A stretch of 64,000 bases of DNA from Leptospiraceae bacterium (GTDB lineage: Bacteria > Spirochaetota > Leptospiria > Leptospirales > Leptonemataceae): contig JAVJNR010000002.1 of assembly GCA_040217195.1 (NCBI GenBank), positions 32,001 to 96,000 on the forward strand, read 5' to 3'. The translations under genes and the position numbers were made by a program. The notes under the pieces are model-generated. The model did not search any database. It was not told where the DNA came from and saw only the letters and a list, made by a program, of their open reading frames with translations. Position 1 is the first letter of the stretch. Each line of letters begins with the position of its first letter. Shown here in pieces: positions 40,092 through 49,655 of the stretch.

Positions 40092-42029
40092 TCAGGCTTT
40101 TGCTGTTTCAGGCTCATCGCCCATCTTGTTGGCTGCTACCTGCCAGATGACCGAGACAATATTCTGAACTGTCCAGTACAGAGTCACCCCGCTTGGCATG
40201 GACCAGAAAAAGAAGACCATGATCACAGGCATAAAATACATAAGCATCTTTTGTTGAGGATCGGATACAACCGTGGTGAACCGCTGCTGCAGAATCTGAG
40301 ATCCAATCATCAATAGTGGAAGAATGTTTATGTGAAAATTCTGAACAAAGAACAGATCTTTGATAATATAGACCGTATCTGGCTGGGACAAATCGTTCAT
40401 CCAGAGGATAAAGGGACTTCGCCACAATTCCATGGATTCCGAGAAAGCGCTGTAAAGAGCAATAAACACAGGAATCTGAATCACCATGGGAAGGCAGCCC
40501 TTCGCAGGATTCACATTATGCTCTTTATATAGAGCCATAATTTTCTTTTGTTTTTCCTGAGGATTGTCTTTGAACTTCTCGTTAATTTTGTCCATCTCAG
40601 GTTTGAGCGCACTCATCTTCTTCATGGACTTGACCTGCATCTGGTTCAACGGCCATGTGAGTAGTTTAAACCCAACAGCTATAATGATAATAGCCCAACC
40701 GTAGTTTCCGATTAGATCGTAGATGTGGCGCATGAGCCAGACAATACCATCTCGAATCTTGGAGAAGATTGCCAGAAAAGAAGAAGTATAGATAACATCC
40801 CTTGCTTCCTCGTCGGGCTCAGACATACCGAATTCTGCCTGCATGAGCGCCGAGTCGTTGAACTGATGAGCTTCATCGCTTCGAGCACCAACGTAGATCT
40901 GGTTATCCAGGATAAGTGCATCCCTTCTTTTCTGCTCGGTAAGCATCAGCTGCCGAGTATCCCGTGGAGCTGCCGTTTCGCCGGTTCCCTGAACCTCTGT
41001 TTCCAATCCTGGAAGTTTTACTGGACCATCGCCCCGGTTTTCATCCAGACGAAACTTTTCAAAAACTGCGGTGAACGTAGATCTCCCATCCGGAGATACT
41101 CTGGCTTTCTGAACCACACCATCCGGTCTATGCCGCGGGTTCTCCGGATTCAGGAAATGGGAATAGGCAACCAGAAAACGGCTTGTGGATCCCATAAACT
41201 GCAGCGAATCCCTTTTCTCCGTATAGGCCTGATAGGGTCCTTCCGGAGCGCTACTGCAAGAAAAGAAACTTCCGCCAGATCCACCGGCTCCCTGAGTCTG
41301 TGTCAGGGAATCATTGTAATAGAAGAAACGACCGTAGGCCTGAAGAACACGACTATTCTCTGAAACCGGCGGAGGACCCAGGTCTCCAAAAGTGCGAAAG
41401 AATAGATCTCCACCGAGGATGAAAGGCTTGTTTTCAAGGTTTCGCAGTACCGTGATCTGACGAAAGAATCGTTCCCCCTGAAAGAATCGAAATACCTTTA
41501 CCAGCTCCAGTCTATGACCCAGGAATTTCAATGGAAGTTTGAAACGAACTTCCGTAACCTTGCCCTGAGTAATCGGGCCTTCCATATTGAATCGTCCTGA
41601 GTTCAGCAATGGATTTCCCAATCGCTCTTCCAGTGGAGGACTGTAATAAAGATGAGGCTGAAAATCCATTCCGAAGCCTCGGGTCACTTCCAGAGCCTGG
41701 TATTTCTTAACCAGTGGATCCTCGGACTCTTCAATCAGTGCTTCCGGAACATGCAGCAGATTGCTCTTCTTTAGATAGAGGCGGGCTATGCGACCACCTT
41801 CAGTAGTAACAACATACACAGCCCGATCCGTTTCGATTATGGTTTCCCGGCCATTTCCTGTGTTGAAATCAAAATCATTCCGTTTCTCTGCTGGAACAAG
41901 AGGAACATTCTCTGGACCGGCGGGCTCATCTTCGCCCATAAACTGGAACATAAAGAACGTCGCAGCCCCCAGTAGCAATACTGGAATCAGTGACGTCAGG
42001 GATCCTGGATTTTTCTTTTCCTCGCTCAT
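40092..42029 (-). CDS. yidC: Membrane protein insertase YidC
   Basis: GNYGWAII, KSMKKM..LKP, GCLPMVIQIPVF, DLSQPD and PSGVTLYW. Confidence 0.96.
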   Translation of the reverse strand: MSEEKKNPGSLTSLIPVLLLGAATFFMFQFMGEDEPAGPENVPLVPAEKRNDFDFNTGNGRETIIETDRAVYVVTTEGGRIARLYLKKSNLLHVPEALIEESEDPLVKKYQALEVTRGFGMDFQPHLYYSPPLEERLGNPLLNSGRFNMEGPITQGKVTEVRFKLPLKFLGHRLELVKVFRFFQGERFFRQITVLRNLENKPFILGGDLFFRTFGDLGPPPVSENSRVLQAYGRFFYYNDSLTQTQGAGGSGGSFFSCSSAPEGPYQAYTEKRDSLQFMGSTSRFLVAYSHFLNPENPRHRPDGVVQKARVSPDGRSTFTAVFEKFRLDENRGDGPVKLPGLETEVQGTGETAAPRDTRQLMLTEQKRRDALILDNQIYVGARSDEAHQFNDSALMQAEFGMSEPDEEARDVIYTSSFLAIFSKIRDGIVWLMRHIYDLIGNYGWAIIIIAVGFKLLTWPLNQMQVKSMKKMSALKPEMDKINEKFKDNPQEKQKKIMALYKEHNVNPAKGCLPMVIQIPVFIALYSAFSESMELWRSPFILWMNDLSQPDTVYIIKDLFFVQNFHINILPLLMIGSQILQQRFTTVVSDPQQKMLMYFMPVIMVFFFWSMPSGVTLYWTVQNIVSVIWQVAANKMGDEPETAKA

Positions 42030-42044
42030 TTTACCTACCTGAAT

Positions 42045-42407
42045 TTATGAATGCTTGCAATCCTCATGGTTTTCCGGATGATTTTCGGGAAACACAGGGT
42101 CAAAGTAACCACTGGACATTGGATTACATCTTGCTATGCGCCAGAGACTCTTACCGGTGGCCTTCCAGAATGGAAGATACTGGTAACATTCCATTGCATA
42201 CTCGGAACAACTTGGATAAAATCTGCACCTTCCCGGCAACCAGGGAGAGATGGCTAATTTGTAGAATTTAATAAAGGCCCGGGCTGCTTTTCCGGAGGAT
42301 CCAGCAACTGGATTCCTGCCTTCTGAAGAATTCTGATGATTTCCTGGCTCCCATTTTCCAGAGGCATGGTGGTCCAGGCCCTTCCCGGCAGTATGGCTAT
42401 GTGCCAT
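42045..42407 (-). CDS. yidD: Membrane protein insertion efficiency factor YidD (start uncertain; overlaps rnpA)
   Basis: FYKLAISPWLPGRCRFYPSCSEYA...WRIARCNP..GYFDP. The nearest in-frame ATG is far inside rnpA. Confidence 0.88.
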   Translation of the reverse strand: MAHSHTAGKGLDHHASGKWEPGNHQNSSEGRNPVAGSSGKAARAFIKFYKLAISPWLPGRCRFYPSCSEYAMECYQYLPFWKATGKSLWRIARCNPMSSGYFDPVFPENHPENHEDCKHS

Positions 42408-42640
42408 CCGGTGGGTAATCTGTCCATCAGCGGTTCCAGCGAAGCTCTGCATTTTCTACGGATTCGGTTGCGAACCACCGCGTTGCCTGTCCTTTTGGAA
42501 ACACAGAAGGCAATCTTGCTTTCCGTGTTGGCCCGAGGCAGGACCATGATTGCGGTATTCTTTCCATGAAATCTGCGTCCAGACTGGAAAAGCTCTCCGA
42601 AGGCCGTGGTGCCTCTGAGTGTGGTTCTCTTCCTGTTAAT
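42254..42640 (-). CDS. rnpA: RNase P protein component (putative ATT start)
   Basis: (I)NRKRTTLRGTTAFGELFQSGRRFHG...IAFCVSKRTGNAVVRNRIRR (RNR motif). Confidence 0.9.
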   Translation of the reverse strand: MNRKRTTLRGTTAFGELFQSGRRFHGKNTAIMVLPRANTESKIAFCVSKRTGNAVVRNRIRRKCRASLEPLMDRLPTGWHIAILPGRAWTTMPLENGSQEIIRILQKAGIQLLDPPEKQPGPLLNSTN

Positions 42641-42795
42641 TATTTGCGATGCACCCGGTCTGAAACACTGAGAACGGCACGGCCTTTGTTACGACGTCGG
42701 GACAATACCTTGCGGCCGTTCTTGGTGGCCATACGAGCGCGAAATCCGTGAGTACGAACTTTCTTGATTTTGCTCGGTTGATAGGTCCTTTTCAT
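42640..42795 (-). CDS. rpmH: 50S ribosomal protein L34
   Basis: Manual translation: [51 protein letters not shown]. Confidence 0.97.
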   Translation of the reverse strand: MKRTYQPSKIKKVRTHGFRARMATKNGRKVLSRRRNKGRAVLSVSDRVHRK

Positions 42796-43072
42796 GAATT
42801 ACTCCCGAAAAAAAATATTGCGAATCTACCAGACTCCGCCCGGTCTATGGTACGTCAACAGGCTTTCCAGGGATGAGCATCCGGCTGAATTTTCTCTCCG
42901 GGCGAAGCGGAAAATCCATTTCCAGAGTCCAGAAATAGCCGGCTTCGGCAAGTGACAGAACATCGGTTCATGTCCCACAGTATTTTCCCGAGCCAGGATC
43001 TTTTTTCACTTGATCCAGATAGGGCGGGTTTGAGACTTCCGGGGCGCAATTCTATTTCACCTGGAGTCAGCC

Positions 43073-44362
43073 TTGGAAGATGCCTGGTCGCAAACCAAAA
43101 AAGAGCTACAAAAATCAGCTAAGGACAGTAACGTTCGCAGCTGTTTGCAGAATCTCAGGCCCGTTCCCCTGAAGAAAGGCTCCTCCCGGGAGCACTTTGT
43201 TCTGGAAGTGGATAATGCATCCCTTTTGAAGATCGCAGCGCAGCTCAAAGGGCCCATTCAGACCCGACTTTCCACAATTACGGATCGAGCTGTAAGTGTT
43301 GAATTCCGTTTAGCCGGACAGAGCAAGGCCAGAGATACCAGCTGGATTCGGCAGAAAATGGATCTCAGTCGGTTCTGCGAAGGACAGGCGAATCGTATAC
43401 CACTTATGGCAGCCCGAAACATTGTTGAGCAGCCCGGAAAGGTGAACCCTCTATTGATTTCAGGAGATACTGGTACTGGAAAGTCCCATTTACTGAATGC
43501 TATTGCATGCGAGATTGTGCGAAAAAGACCGGACACTCGATGTACACTCATTCGCATGGATGAATTTCCAGCCCATTTCGGAGAACAAATTCTCAAAGGC
43601 AGAAATCTGGCTTTGAAGAACCGTTTTCGCCGAGGCGATGTGCTGTTCATTGAAGATTTCCAGGCGATCCGAGGCGCATCTCCCAATATCCTCGATGAGC
43701 TATATTTTATATTCAATAGTTATTACGAAAATGGCCGCCAGATCGTGGTCACCTCCGATGTTCCCATCAAAGAATTATCCATTTCAAGTCGCTGGCTGAG
43801 CCGATTTCTATCCGGTCTCCAGGTTCGCATGGAGAATCCTGATTCCGAATTACGAAAGCGAATATTGATGCAAAAAATTCAGGATACCGGTCTGAGCCTG
43901 GGAAATGAAAGCATCGCCAGGATCCTGGATCGCCTCAGAGGAAATGCAAGAGACATTGAATCTGCGGTCAACAGACTCTACTTCCTGCAATCCGGCGGAA
44001 TTGAGCTTACCGATGAATTGTTAGAAGAGCAACTGGAGGAGTTTTTATCCCCCAGAATGCAGGGCCCTTTAAGTCCACAAATCATCCTGGAAACCATTTC
44101 GGAAATCTGCGGAGTGCCCAGATCTGAAATCCTGGGAAACTCCAGAAAGATGGAAATCGCATTACCACGACATCTGGCCATGTATCTGGCTGTGCATTTT
44201 TCTGATCTAAATAAGTCGGCAGTAGCAAGATTCTTTCAACGCACGGACCACTCCACAGTGATCCATGCAGAAAGAAAGATTGCGATGAAATTACAGAAGG
44301 AGCCATCTTTTCAACATCTGTTTCGTCAGGTGAGCGAACGTCTGGGGATAAACCGTGGATAA
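43073..44362 (+). CDS. dnaA: Chromosomal replication initiator DnaA
   Basis: NPLLISGDTGTGKSHLL, LSRF..GL, PRHLAMYL and DHSTVIHA; located between rpmH and dnaN. Confidence 0.93.
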   Translation: MEDAWSQTKKELQKSAKDSNVRSCLQNLRPVPLKKGSSREHFVLEVDNASLLKIAAQLKGPIQTRLSTITDRAVSVEFRLAGQSKARDTSWIRQKMDLSRFCEGQANRIPLMAARNIVEQPGKVNPLLISGDTGTGKSHLLNAIACEIVRKRPDTRCTLIRMDEFPAHFGEQILKGRNLALKNRFRRGDVLFIEDFQAIRGASPNILDELYFIFNSYYENGRQIVVTSDVPIKELSISSRWLSRFLSGLQVRMENPDSELRKRILMQKIQDTGLSLGNESIARILDRLRGNARDIESAVNRLYFLQSGGIELTDELLEEQLEEFLSPRMQGPLSPQIILETISEICGVPRSEILGNSRKMEIALPRHLAMYLAVHFSDLNKSAVARFFQRTDHSTVIHAERKIAMKLQKEPSFQHLFRQVSERLGINRG

Positions 44363-44600
44363 TTCGTCACTCCCTGTGAGTACAGGCGCGAAAATGTGAA
44401 TTCCCTGGAAGATGGCGTTGCAGGACCTTTATCGGGTGCCTGGTTTTTTCTGGTTTTACGTGTTTTTCAATTGCATTTCGTGCTTCCTTTCACAGAAATT
44501 CCTACGGATTATGTCCCGGAGAGGCTCTGTGATCGGGAAGGAATGGTTTTTTTCACATATCCACAGGCCCAATAAAGTACAGCAGTACAAACACACACCA
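44343..44600. promoter_or_regulatory. Probable oriC (DnaA boxes, GC cluster and DnaA-trio-like tract)
   Basis: Boxes TGGGGATAA (44343) and CGTGGATAA (44354), TTTTTCACA (44549) and ATATCCACA (44557), then GGCCC and AAT AAA GTA CAG CAG TAC AAA CAC. Confidence 0.75.
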
Positions 44601-44617
44601 ATAAAGAGAGTACTGAT

Positions 44618-45733
44618 ATGAAGTTCGTAGTAGAAAAAGCAGGCTTCCAGAAAGCAATTTCCAGAATCGAAGGAATTATCTCTGCAAGAGAGATCCGTTC
44701 CGTAATTTCGAGCATCTTGATTGAATCAGACAAGGATTCCATAACGCTCACTGCCACCGATCTGGATATCAGCATGAAAACCACTCTGGCTGCCAGAATA
44801 GAGAAGGCTGGAGCCATTACTGCACCGGCCAAAAAGCTAAGCCAGATTATTAAAGAGTTTCGTTTTGAAAGCGTCGAATTCGATAGCGATGCAGAGAACA
44901 AGATATCCATTCGGGATGGAGCTGGAAAAGCGAAAACAGAAATTCATCTAATGGGAGCGCCCTCCGACGAATTCATGCTTCCAAGCCCGATTAAAGACAG
45001 TCATTTCAAACAGTTCCCTCCTGCTCTGGTTAATGAAATGATTCGTCGAACTTCCTATGCGATAGCAGAAGAAGATGCCAGATACGTATTCAACGGACTG
45101 TATATGGAAAGCGAAGGCGACCAGGCAGTCTTCGTAGGTACTGATGGACGACGACTGGCACGAATCGCCAGAAACTTTCCTGAGTCTCTTCCTGTTGACA
45201 AAGGTGTAGTTGTACCTGTAAAAGCGATCCGAGAATTGACGCGAATGATAGGCAACGTGGAAGAAGGTTTCGTTGGGTTTGACACCGAAGAAAGCAGACT
45301 ATATTTTAAACTGGGCGATGTGGAATTGATTACCCGATTGATCGATGGTAATTTTCCAGACTACCGACAGGTAATTCCTCGCAAACTGGATCATGAAGTA
45401 AGATTGAATCGAGAAGCTCTCAGACTTTCTTTGCGTCAGGCAGCGGTACTGGCAGCGGAGCCTTCAAGGCAGATTCGCCTGGAATTCAGTCCTGGAACTC
45501 TGGTGGTCAGTTCATCGACTCCGGACCTTGGTAACGTGAATGATCCCATGAGCTGTGAATATCAGGGCGAAGAAGTAACCATTGCATTTAATTCCAACTA
45601 TCTTCTGGATGTTATCGGAGTACTTAACAGCGAAGATATAACTCTTGGATTTTCTACGGCCAGCGCTCCGACGGTGGTAAAGGATCCAGACGATCCAGAA
45701 TTCGTGGCTGTTGTGATGCCAATGAAGATTTAG
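44618..45733 (+). CDS. dnaN: DNA polymerase III beta clamp
   Basis: TATDLDI, RYVFNG, VGTDGRRLA, LIDGNFPDY and VVMPMK. Confidence 0.97.
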   Translation: MKFVVEKAGFQKAISRIEGIISAREIRSVISSILIESDKDSITLTATDLDISMKTTLAARIEKAGAITAPAKKLSQIIKEFRFESVEFDSDAENKISIRDGAGKAKTEIHLMGAPSDEFMLPSPIKDSHFKQFPPALVNEMIRRTSYAIAEEDARYVFNGLYMESEGDQAVFVGTDGRRLARIARNFPESLPVDKGVVVPVKAIRELTRMIGNVEEGFVGFDTEESRLYFKLGDVELITRLIDGNFPDYRQVIPRKLDHEVRLNREALRLSLRQAAVLAAEPSRQIRLEFSPGTLVVSSSTPDLGNVNDPMSCEYQGEEVTIAFNSNYLLDVIGVLNSEDITLGFSTASAPTVVKDPDDPEFVAVVMPMKI

Positions 45734-45745
45734 GACCCCGGGTCC

Positions 45746-46840
45746 GTGTATCTGCGAAACTTACAGCTGCAGCATTTCCGAAATTACGGAGCGCTTAAAC
45801 TGGAATTTCCGGACCGGCTAACTTTTCTTGTAGGTGAAAACGGTTCTGGTAAGACAAATATTCTGGAAGCCATTTCCGTTCTAACGTCGGGAAAATCCTT
45901 CAGGGGTGTGCCGGATCCTGAATTGATTCAGGAAGGACATCCTGGTTTCTTTGTTAGCTGTAGTTATGAATGGAACAATGCGATGCATTCTCTGGAAATG
46001 GGCCTTCAGGCAGAGCCCCGTTTACAGAGAAGAATTAAGAAAGATGGAAAAGTATTACCTTCCCGGGCCGCATTGATCGGAAACCTTGTAAGCGTTGTTT
46101 TCAGTCCAGATGATCTGGAAATCATTCAGGGAGGGCCCACTTCCAGGCGCCGATTCCTGGATGCTTTGCTTTCGCATAGAGACTCCGCCTACCTGGAAAA
46201 CCTCATCCAATATAACCGTGCAGTTCGCCAGAGAAACACTACCCTTAAAGAGATTCGAGCAAATCGAAGCAGGTTACAGATGCTGGAACCCTGGGATCGC
46301 AGCTTGATTGATCTTGGATCCAGAATCACTGCTCAGAGATTAAGATTTCTTTCCGAATACGAACCAATCTTGAATCAGTCCCTGGATCAAATATCTGGCG
46401 GAAAGGATATAATCAAGGTATCTCTTTTTCCCGGGGAAGCTTCTGCTGAAGCTTACAGGCAGGCGTTGCAAGAAAGGCGGATGAGAGATGTGGCCACTGG
46501 ATCCACCACATTTGGTCCTCACAGGGATCGACTGTTATTTCTTTGTCAGGACGGAAGTAATAAAGATGTTCAATTTCGCTTCAGTCAGGGACAGAAGAGA
46601 AGTCTGGTTCTGGCTCTGCGGGTAGGCCAATTCTATTATTTAAAGGAGTATATTGGACGATCTCCTATATTGCTTATTGACGATGTAATTCGAGAGCTGG
46701 ATTATAAGCGAAGGGATTACTTTGTAGATTTGTTGCATCGATGCGGACAGGCTTTCTTCACTACTCCGGACCTGGATGGGCTGGAAGAAGCAGTTTCTCA
46801 AACATCGGCGCGAATCATTTCTGTGCCAGAATTGCACTGA
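45746..46840 (+). CDS. recF: DNA replication/repair protein RecF
   Basis: FRNY, GENGSGKTNILEA, GPHRD, SQGQKR and ILLIDDV. Confidence 0.96.
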   Translation: MYLRNLQLQHFRNYGALKLEFPDRLTFLVGENGSGKTNILEAISVLTSGKSFRGVPDPELIQEGHPGFFVSCSYEWNNAMHSLEMGLQAEPRLQRRIKKDGKVLPSRAALIGNLVSVVFSPDDLEIIQGGPTSRRRFLDALLSHRDSAYLENLIQYNRAVRQRNTTLKEIRANRSRLQMLEPWDRSLIDLGSRITAQRLRFLSEYEPILNQSLDQISGGKDIIKVSLFPGEASAEAYRQALQERRMRDVATGSTTFGPHRDRLLFLCQDGSNKDVQFRFSQGQKRSLVLALRVGQFYYLKEYIGRSPILLIDDVIRELDYKRRDYFVDLLHRCGQAFFTTPDLDGLEEAVSQTSARIISVPELH

Positions 46841-46897
46841 GCTTTTTCGTGGAATGACCGGCTTTATGTATTCAGCCGGGAACTGGAGAAAGATACA

Positions 46898-47359
46898 ATG
46901 GATAAGAGCCAGAAATCGAAAAGCAGCAAAAAGAATGATCCAGCCAGGGTATCTGAATCAAATGATTCCAGGCTTCCATCGGAAAACGCCCCGAACAGGC
47001 AGGTAAACTGGAACCCCTGGAAAGAATTAGACGGTAGAGCATTACCCTTTCGAGGTCCTGAATCCATTCAGGTTCTTCAGGGAGAGTTTAGAAAACGGAT
47101 GGAACATCTACTTGGAATCACAGAAGTAGAAAGTCAGATTCATTCCATTCAACAGAACTGGGAAAGCCTGGCAGGGCTACTGGCAGATCATAGTGAACCC
47201 GTGGAAATAAAGGATGAGCGTCTGGTTATTATGGTTCCGGAAAGTGTATATGCCCAGGAACTGCAGCTGCATAGTCGCAAGATCCTTAAATCTATAGAAA
47301 AAACATTTGGCTTTAGGCTCAAAGGGATACAGATTAGGAGGACTGGATTCCGAAAATAG
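46898..47359 (+). CDS. dciA: DUF721 / DciA-family helicase-loading protein
   Basis: W..LAG.LADHSEP.....L.I.V..SVYAQEL; directly after recF. Confidence 0.75.
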   Translation: MDKSQKSKSSKKNDPARVSESNDSRLPSENAPNRQVNWNPWKELDGRALPFRGPESIQVLQGEFRKRMEHLLGITEVESQIHSIQQNWESLAGLLADHSEPVEIKDERLVIMVPESVYAQELQLHSRKILKSIEKTFGFRLKGIQIRRTGFRK

Positions 47360-47368
47360 AAGATAGTC

Positions 47369-47731
47369 ATGTTGACCCTGGTAGCAGTAGCCGGCCTATG
47401 TCTGGCGGTAATCGTATTTTTGAATATGCTTTCTCCGAGTGCTTTGCAGCCGGCCAGCGGTACCATGCAAAAAAGAAAGAATGGTTCCGATCAGGATCCA
47501 CCTCGTCTGGATGCGAAGAAGGTTCTCAATATGGCACCAGGGCCTGAAAGACCCAGGATTTGTCCGGTTTGCGGGACCTTATTGGGCCAAACGGATTATC
47601 TTTATGCAGCCCTGGAACCGGAACCTAAGACCGAGCGTAAACGGCAGGCGCACATCTACGGCTGTGGCTATTGTCTGGATCAGGATGGCGTTGTTCGGAA
47701 CAAGAAATCCATAGCAGAGATTGAACCTTGA
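47369..47731 (+). CDS. Membrane-anchored protein with a CPVC...GCGYC zinc-finger-like motif
   Basis: N-terminal TM helix and two CxxC pairs. Confidence 0.7.
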   Translation: MLTLVAVAGLCLAVIVFLNMLSPSALQPASGTMQKRKNGSDQDPPRLDAKKVLNMAPGPERPRICPVCGTLLGQTDYLYAALEPEPKTERKRQAHIYGCGYCLDQDGVVRNKKSIAEIEP

Positions 47732-47742
47732 TCGAACCAGGT

Positions 47743-48597
47743 TTAGATCGCTCGGATTGCTACGGCCAGACCAGCCAGAACCTGCACGACTGAGAAGCCT
47801 CGTTTCAGATGTAAACCCTTCACTCGATTCTTTAGTGCAGCTCCCGAAAATCCACCGATTAGCGCACCGACTCCGAAAGGAATGGCATAGGGCAGATAAT
47901 AGTGGCCCAGACTCGGTTCCGGTACTGGAACAAAGTTATCCTGGAAGGCGTATAGAACGGAGCCATAGAAGGCGCTGAAGATAATGCAGAAACTGGATGT
48001 TGCAACTGCTTCAGCTGGTTTTCTACCTGGCAGTGTCCAGAGAAACAATGGCACCAGTACAACCCCGCCCCCCAGACCGGTAAGGGCCGAAAGCATACCC
48101 ACAAAGAACCCGGCCAGACAATAGAATAGTATCTGCATCTTTTCCGGAAAGGGCCTCTCGGGATTGTACCTGGATATATCGTCTTCCTTTCCAGCAGATG
48201 AGGATTTGCGAAAAAAGCCAATGATACCTGTTATAGTAACTATGGCAGCAAAGATCAGTGAAAGGGCGCGAAAGCTTAGTAATCCACTAACTTCCACTCC
48301 CAGATAGGAACCTGGTAGACTGAATAGGCTAACAATGAGACCTGGGATGAAATGGATTCGCTTACTGAGGATGTTGGAGGCAGATGCCGAAACAGATAAA
48401 AAAAGAGCCGTTAGCAGTGAAATTGCTACAGCAGTGTGCGCCAGGCCAGAACCATCAGTGGCAGGCCAATGCAAACTGCCCATGAAAATGAGAAATGGAA
48501 CCGTAAGCGTGCCGCCTCCGATTCCAAAAGCCCCGGAGATAAGAGAAATTCCGATGGCTACAACAAGCATTATCCAGATTTCACTTGCGATCATCAC
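47743..48597 (-). CDS. TauE/SafE (TSUP) sulfite exporter family protein
   Basis: GAFGIGGG..VP and LTGLGGGVVLVP repeats; AVATS. Confidence 0.9.
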   Translation of the reverse strand: MMIASEIWIMLVVAIGISLISGAFGIGGGTLTVPFLIFMGSLHWPATDGSGLAHTAVAISLLTALFLSVSASASNILSKRIHFIPGLIVSLFSLPGSYLGVEVSGLLSFRALSLIFAAIVTITGIIGFFRKSSSAGKEDDISRYNPERPFPEKMQILFYCLAGFFVGMLSALTGLGGGVVLVPLFLWTLPGRKPAEAVATSSFCIIFSAFYGSVLYAFQDNFVPVPEPSLGHYYLPYAIPFGVGALIGGFSGAALKNRVKGLHLKRGFSVVQVLAGLAVAIRAI

Positions 48598-48663
48598 TCA
48601 ATCGTCAAATATTCCGATATCTCCCGGATGACAAACAGAAAGGATTTCTGAAGGCATACATAT

Positions 48664-49575
48664 ATGAAAAGCTATAATGAACTGGACCCATCTAATTCCA
48701 GGAAGGCAAAGGAGCTTCTCAAGGATTTGCTCCTTAACCTGGAAACCAAGAAATCTTCACGACGCGATGCAAAATTAATTCCAGATGAAGAGATGATTCA
48801 TCAGGCTCTGGCTCATCCTGAACGTGGCGATGTAGAAGTAATTTTTATTGATCTGGGGCATTCGCAGCAGTTATTTCTGGGAAATCGACGGGATGTAGAA
48901 AATCCATTCGCAGTTATGCGAGTCGCTGAGATGCGAGAATTTCCTGGAAGGCGGCTGCTGGACGGAGAGCAGAATACTCAAAAGGCAGATACCGTAGCCC
49001 TGTTTTTAATTACAGTTCAAGACAGGGAATTACTTCGCACGGAACGAAAGAACAAATATGTTTTTTACAGTATGCATCTGGGAATAACGGGTGAAAAAGC
49101 AGTGGCCCCACCTACGTCTTCGGGAAGCACCGGACTGCGCAGTGCGGTGGACTCACAGAAAACCGTGGCTGAAATGACTCCCCGGGAACAGTGGGAGTTA
49201 ATTCGAACTGGTGGTGACTTCGACAGACGAGTCAATGAAGCCCGGGAAAATCTGTTTTCTATTCCATTCATCTATCCCAAATACAAGCAGTCTTCCAGAG
49301 AAGAAATAATCAAAATATCGCCGGAGCATTACCAGGACAATGTTCGTATGCTGGCGAGGGACATTTATCCGCCGAATGTAATGGCCGTGCTTCGCAGGGA
49401 CTTTCCAAAGGACCATCAAATACAGAAGAATACGGTGATAGAGAAAATGCAGGCCTTCAAAGAGGCGTTGAAGACCAAAGTTATGGATGATGTGCATCCA
49501 GATTATCAGGATCACATTAAAGCAGTGCAGTCCTATGTTGAACAGCTTATCAGGGATGAACTGACGAAGATTTAG
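48664..49575 (+). CDS. Hypothetical protein
   Basis: 303-aa ORF that fills the gap; no motif recognised. Confidence 0.75.
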   Translation: MKSYNELDPSNSRKAKELLKDLLLNLETKKSSRRDAKLIPDEEMIHQALAHPERGDVEVIFIDLGHSQQLFLGNRRDVENPFAVMRVAEMREFPGRRLLDGEQNTQKADTVALFLITVQDRELLRTERKNKYVFYSMHLGITGEKAVAPPTSSGSTGLRSAVDSQKTVAEMTPREQWELIRTGGDFDRRVNEARENLFSIPFIYPKYKQSSREEIIKISPEHYQDNVRMLARDIYPPNVMAVLRRDFPKDHQIQKNTVIEKMQAFKEALKTKVMDDVHPDYQDHIKAVQSYVEQLIRDELTKI

Positions 49576-49655
49576 TAAACGTGCCATCTGCGCAGGGACG
49601 GTATCAGAAATCAAACTGCGCTAGAGCTTACCGGCAGGTGGTTTGTCCTTCGCAG

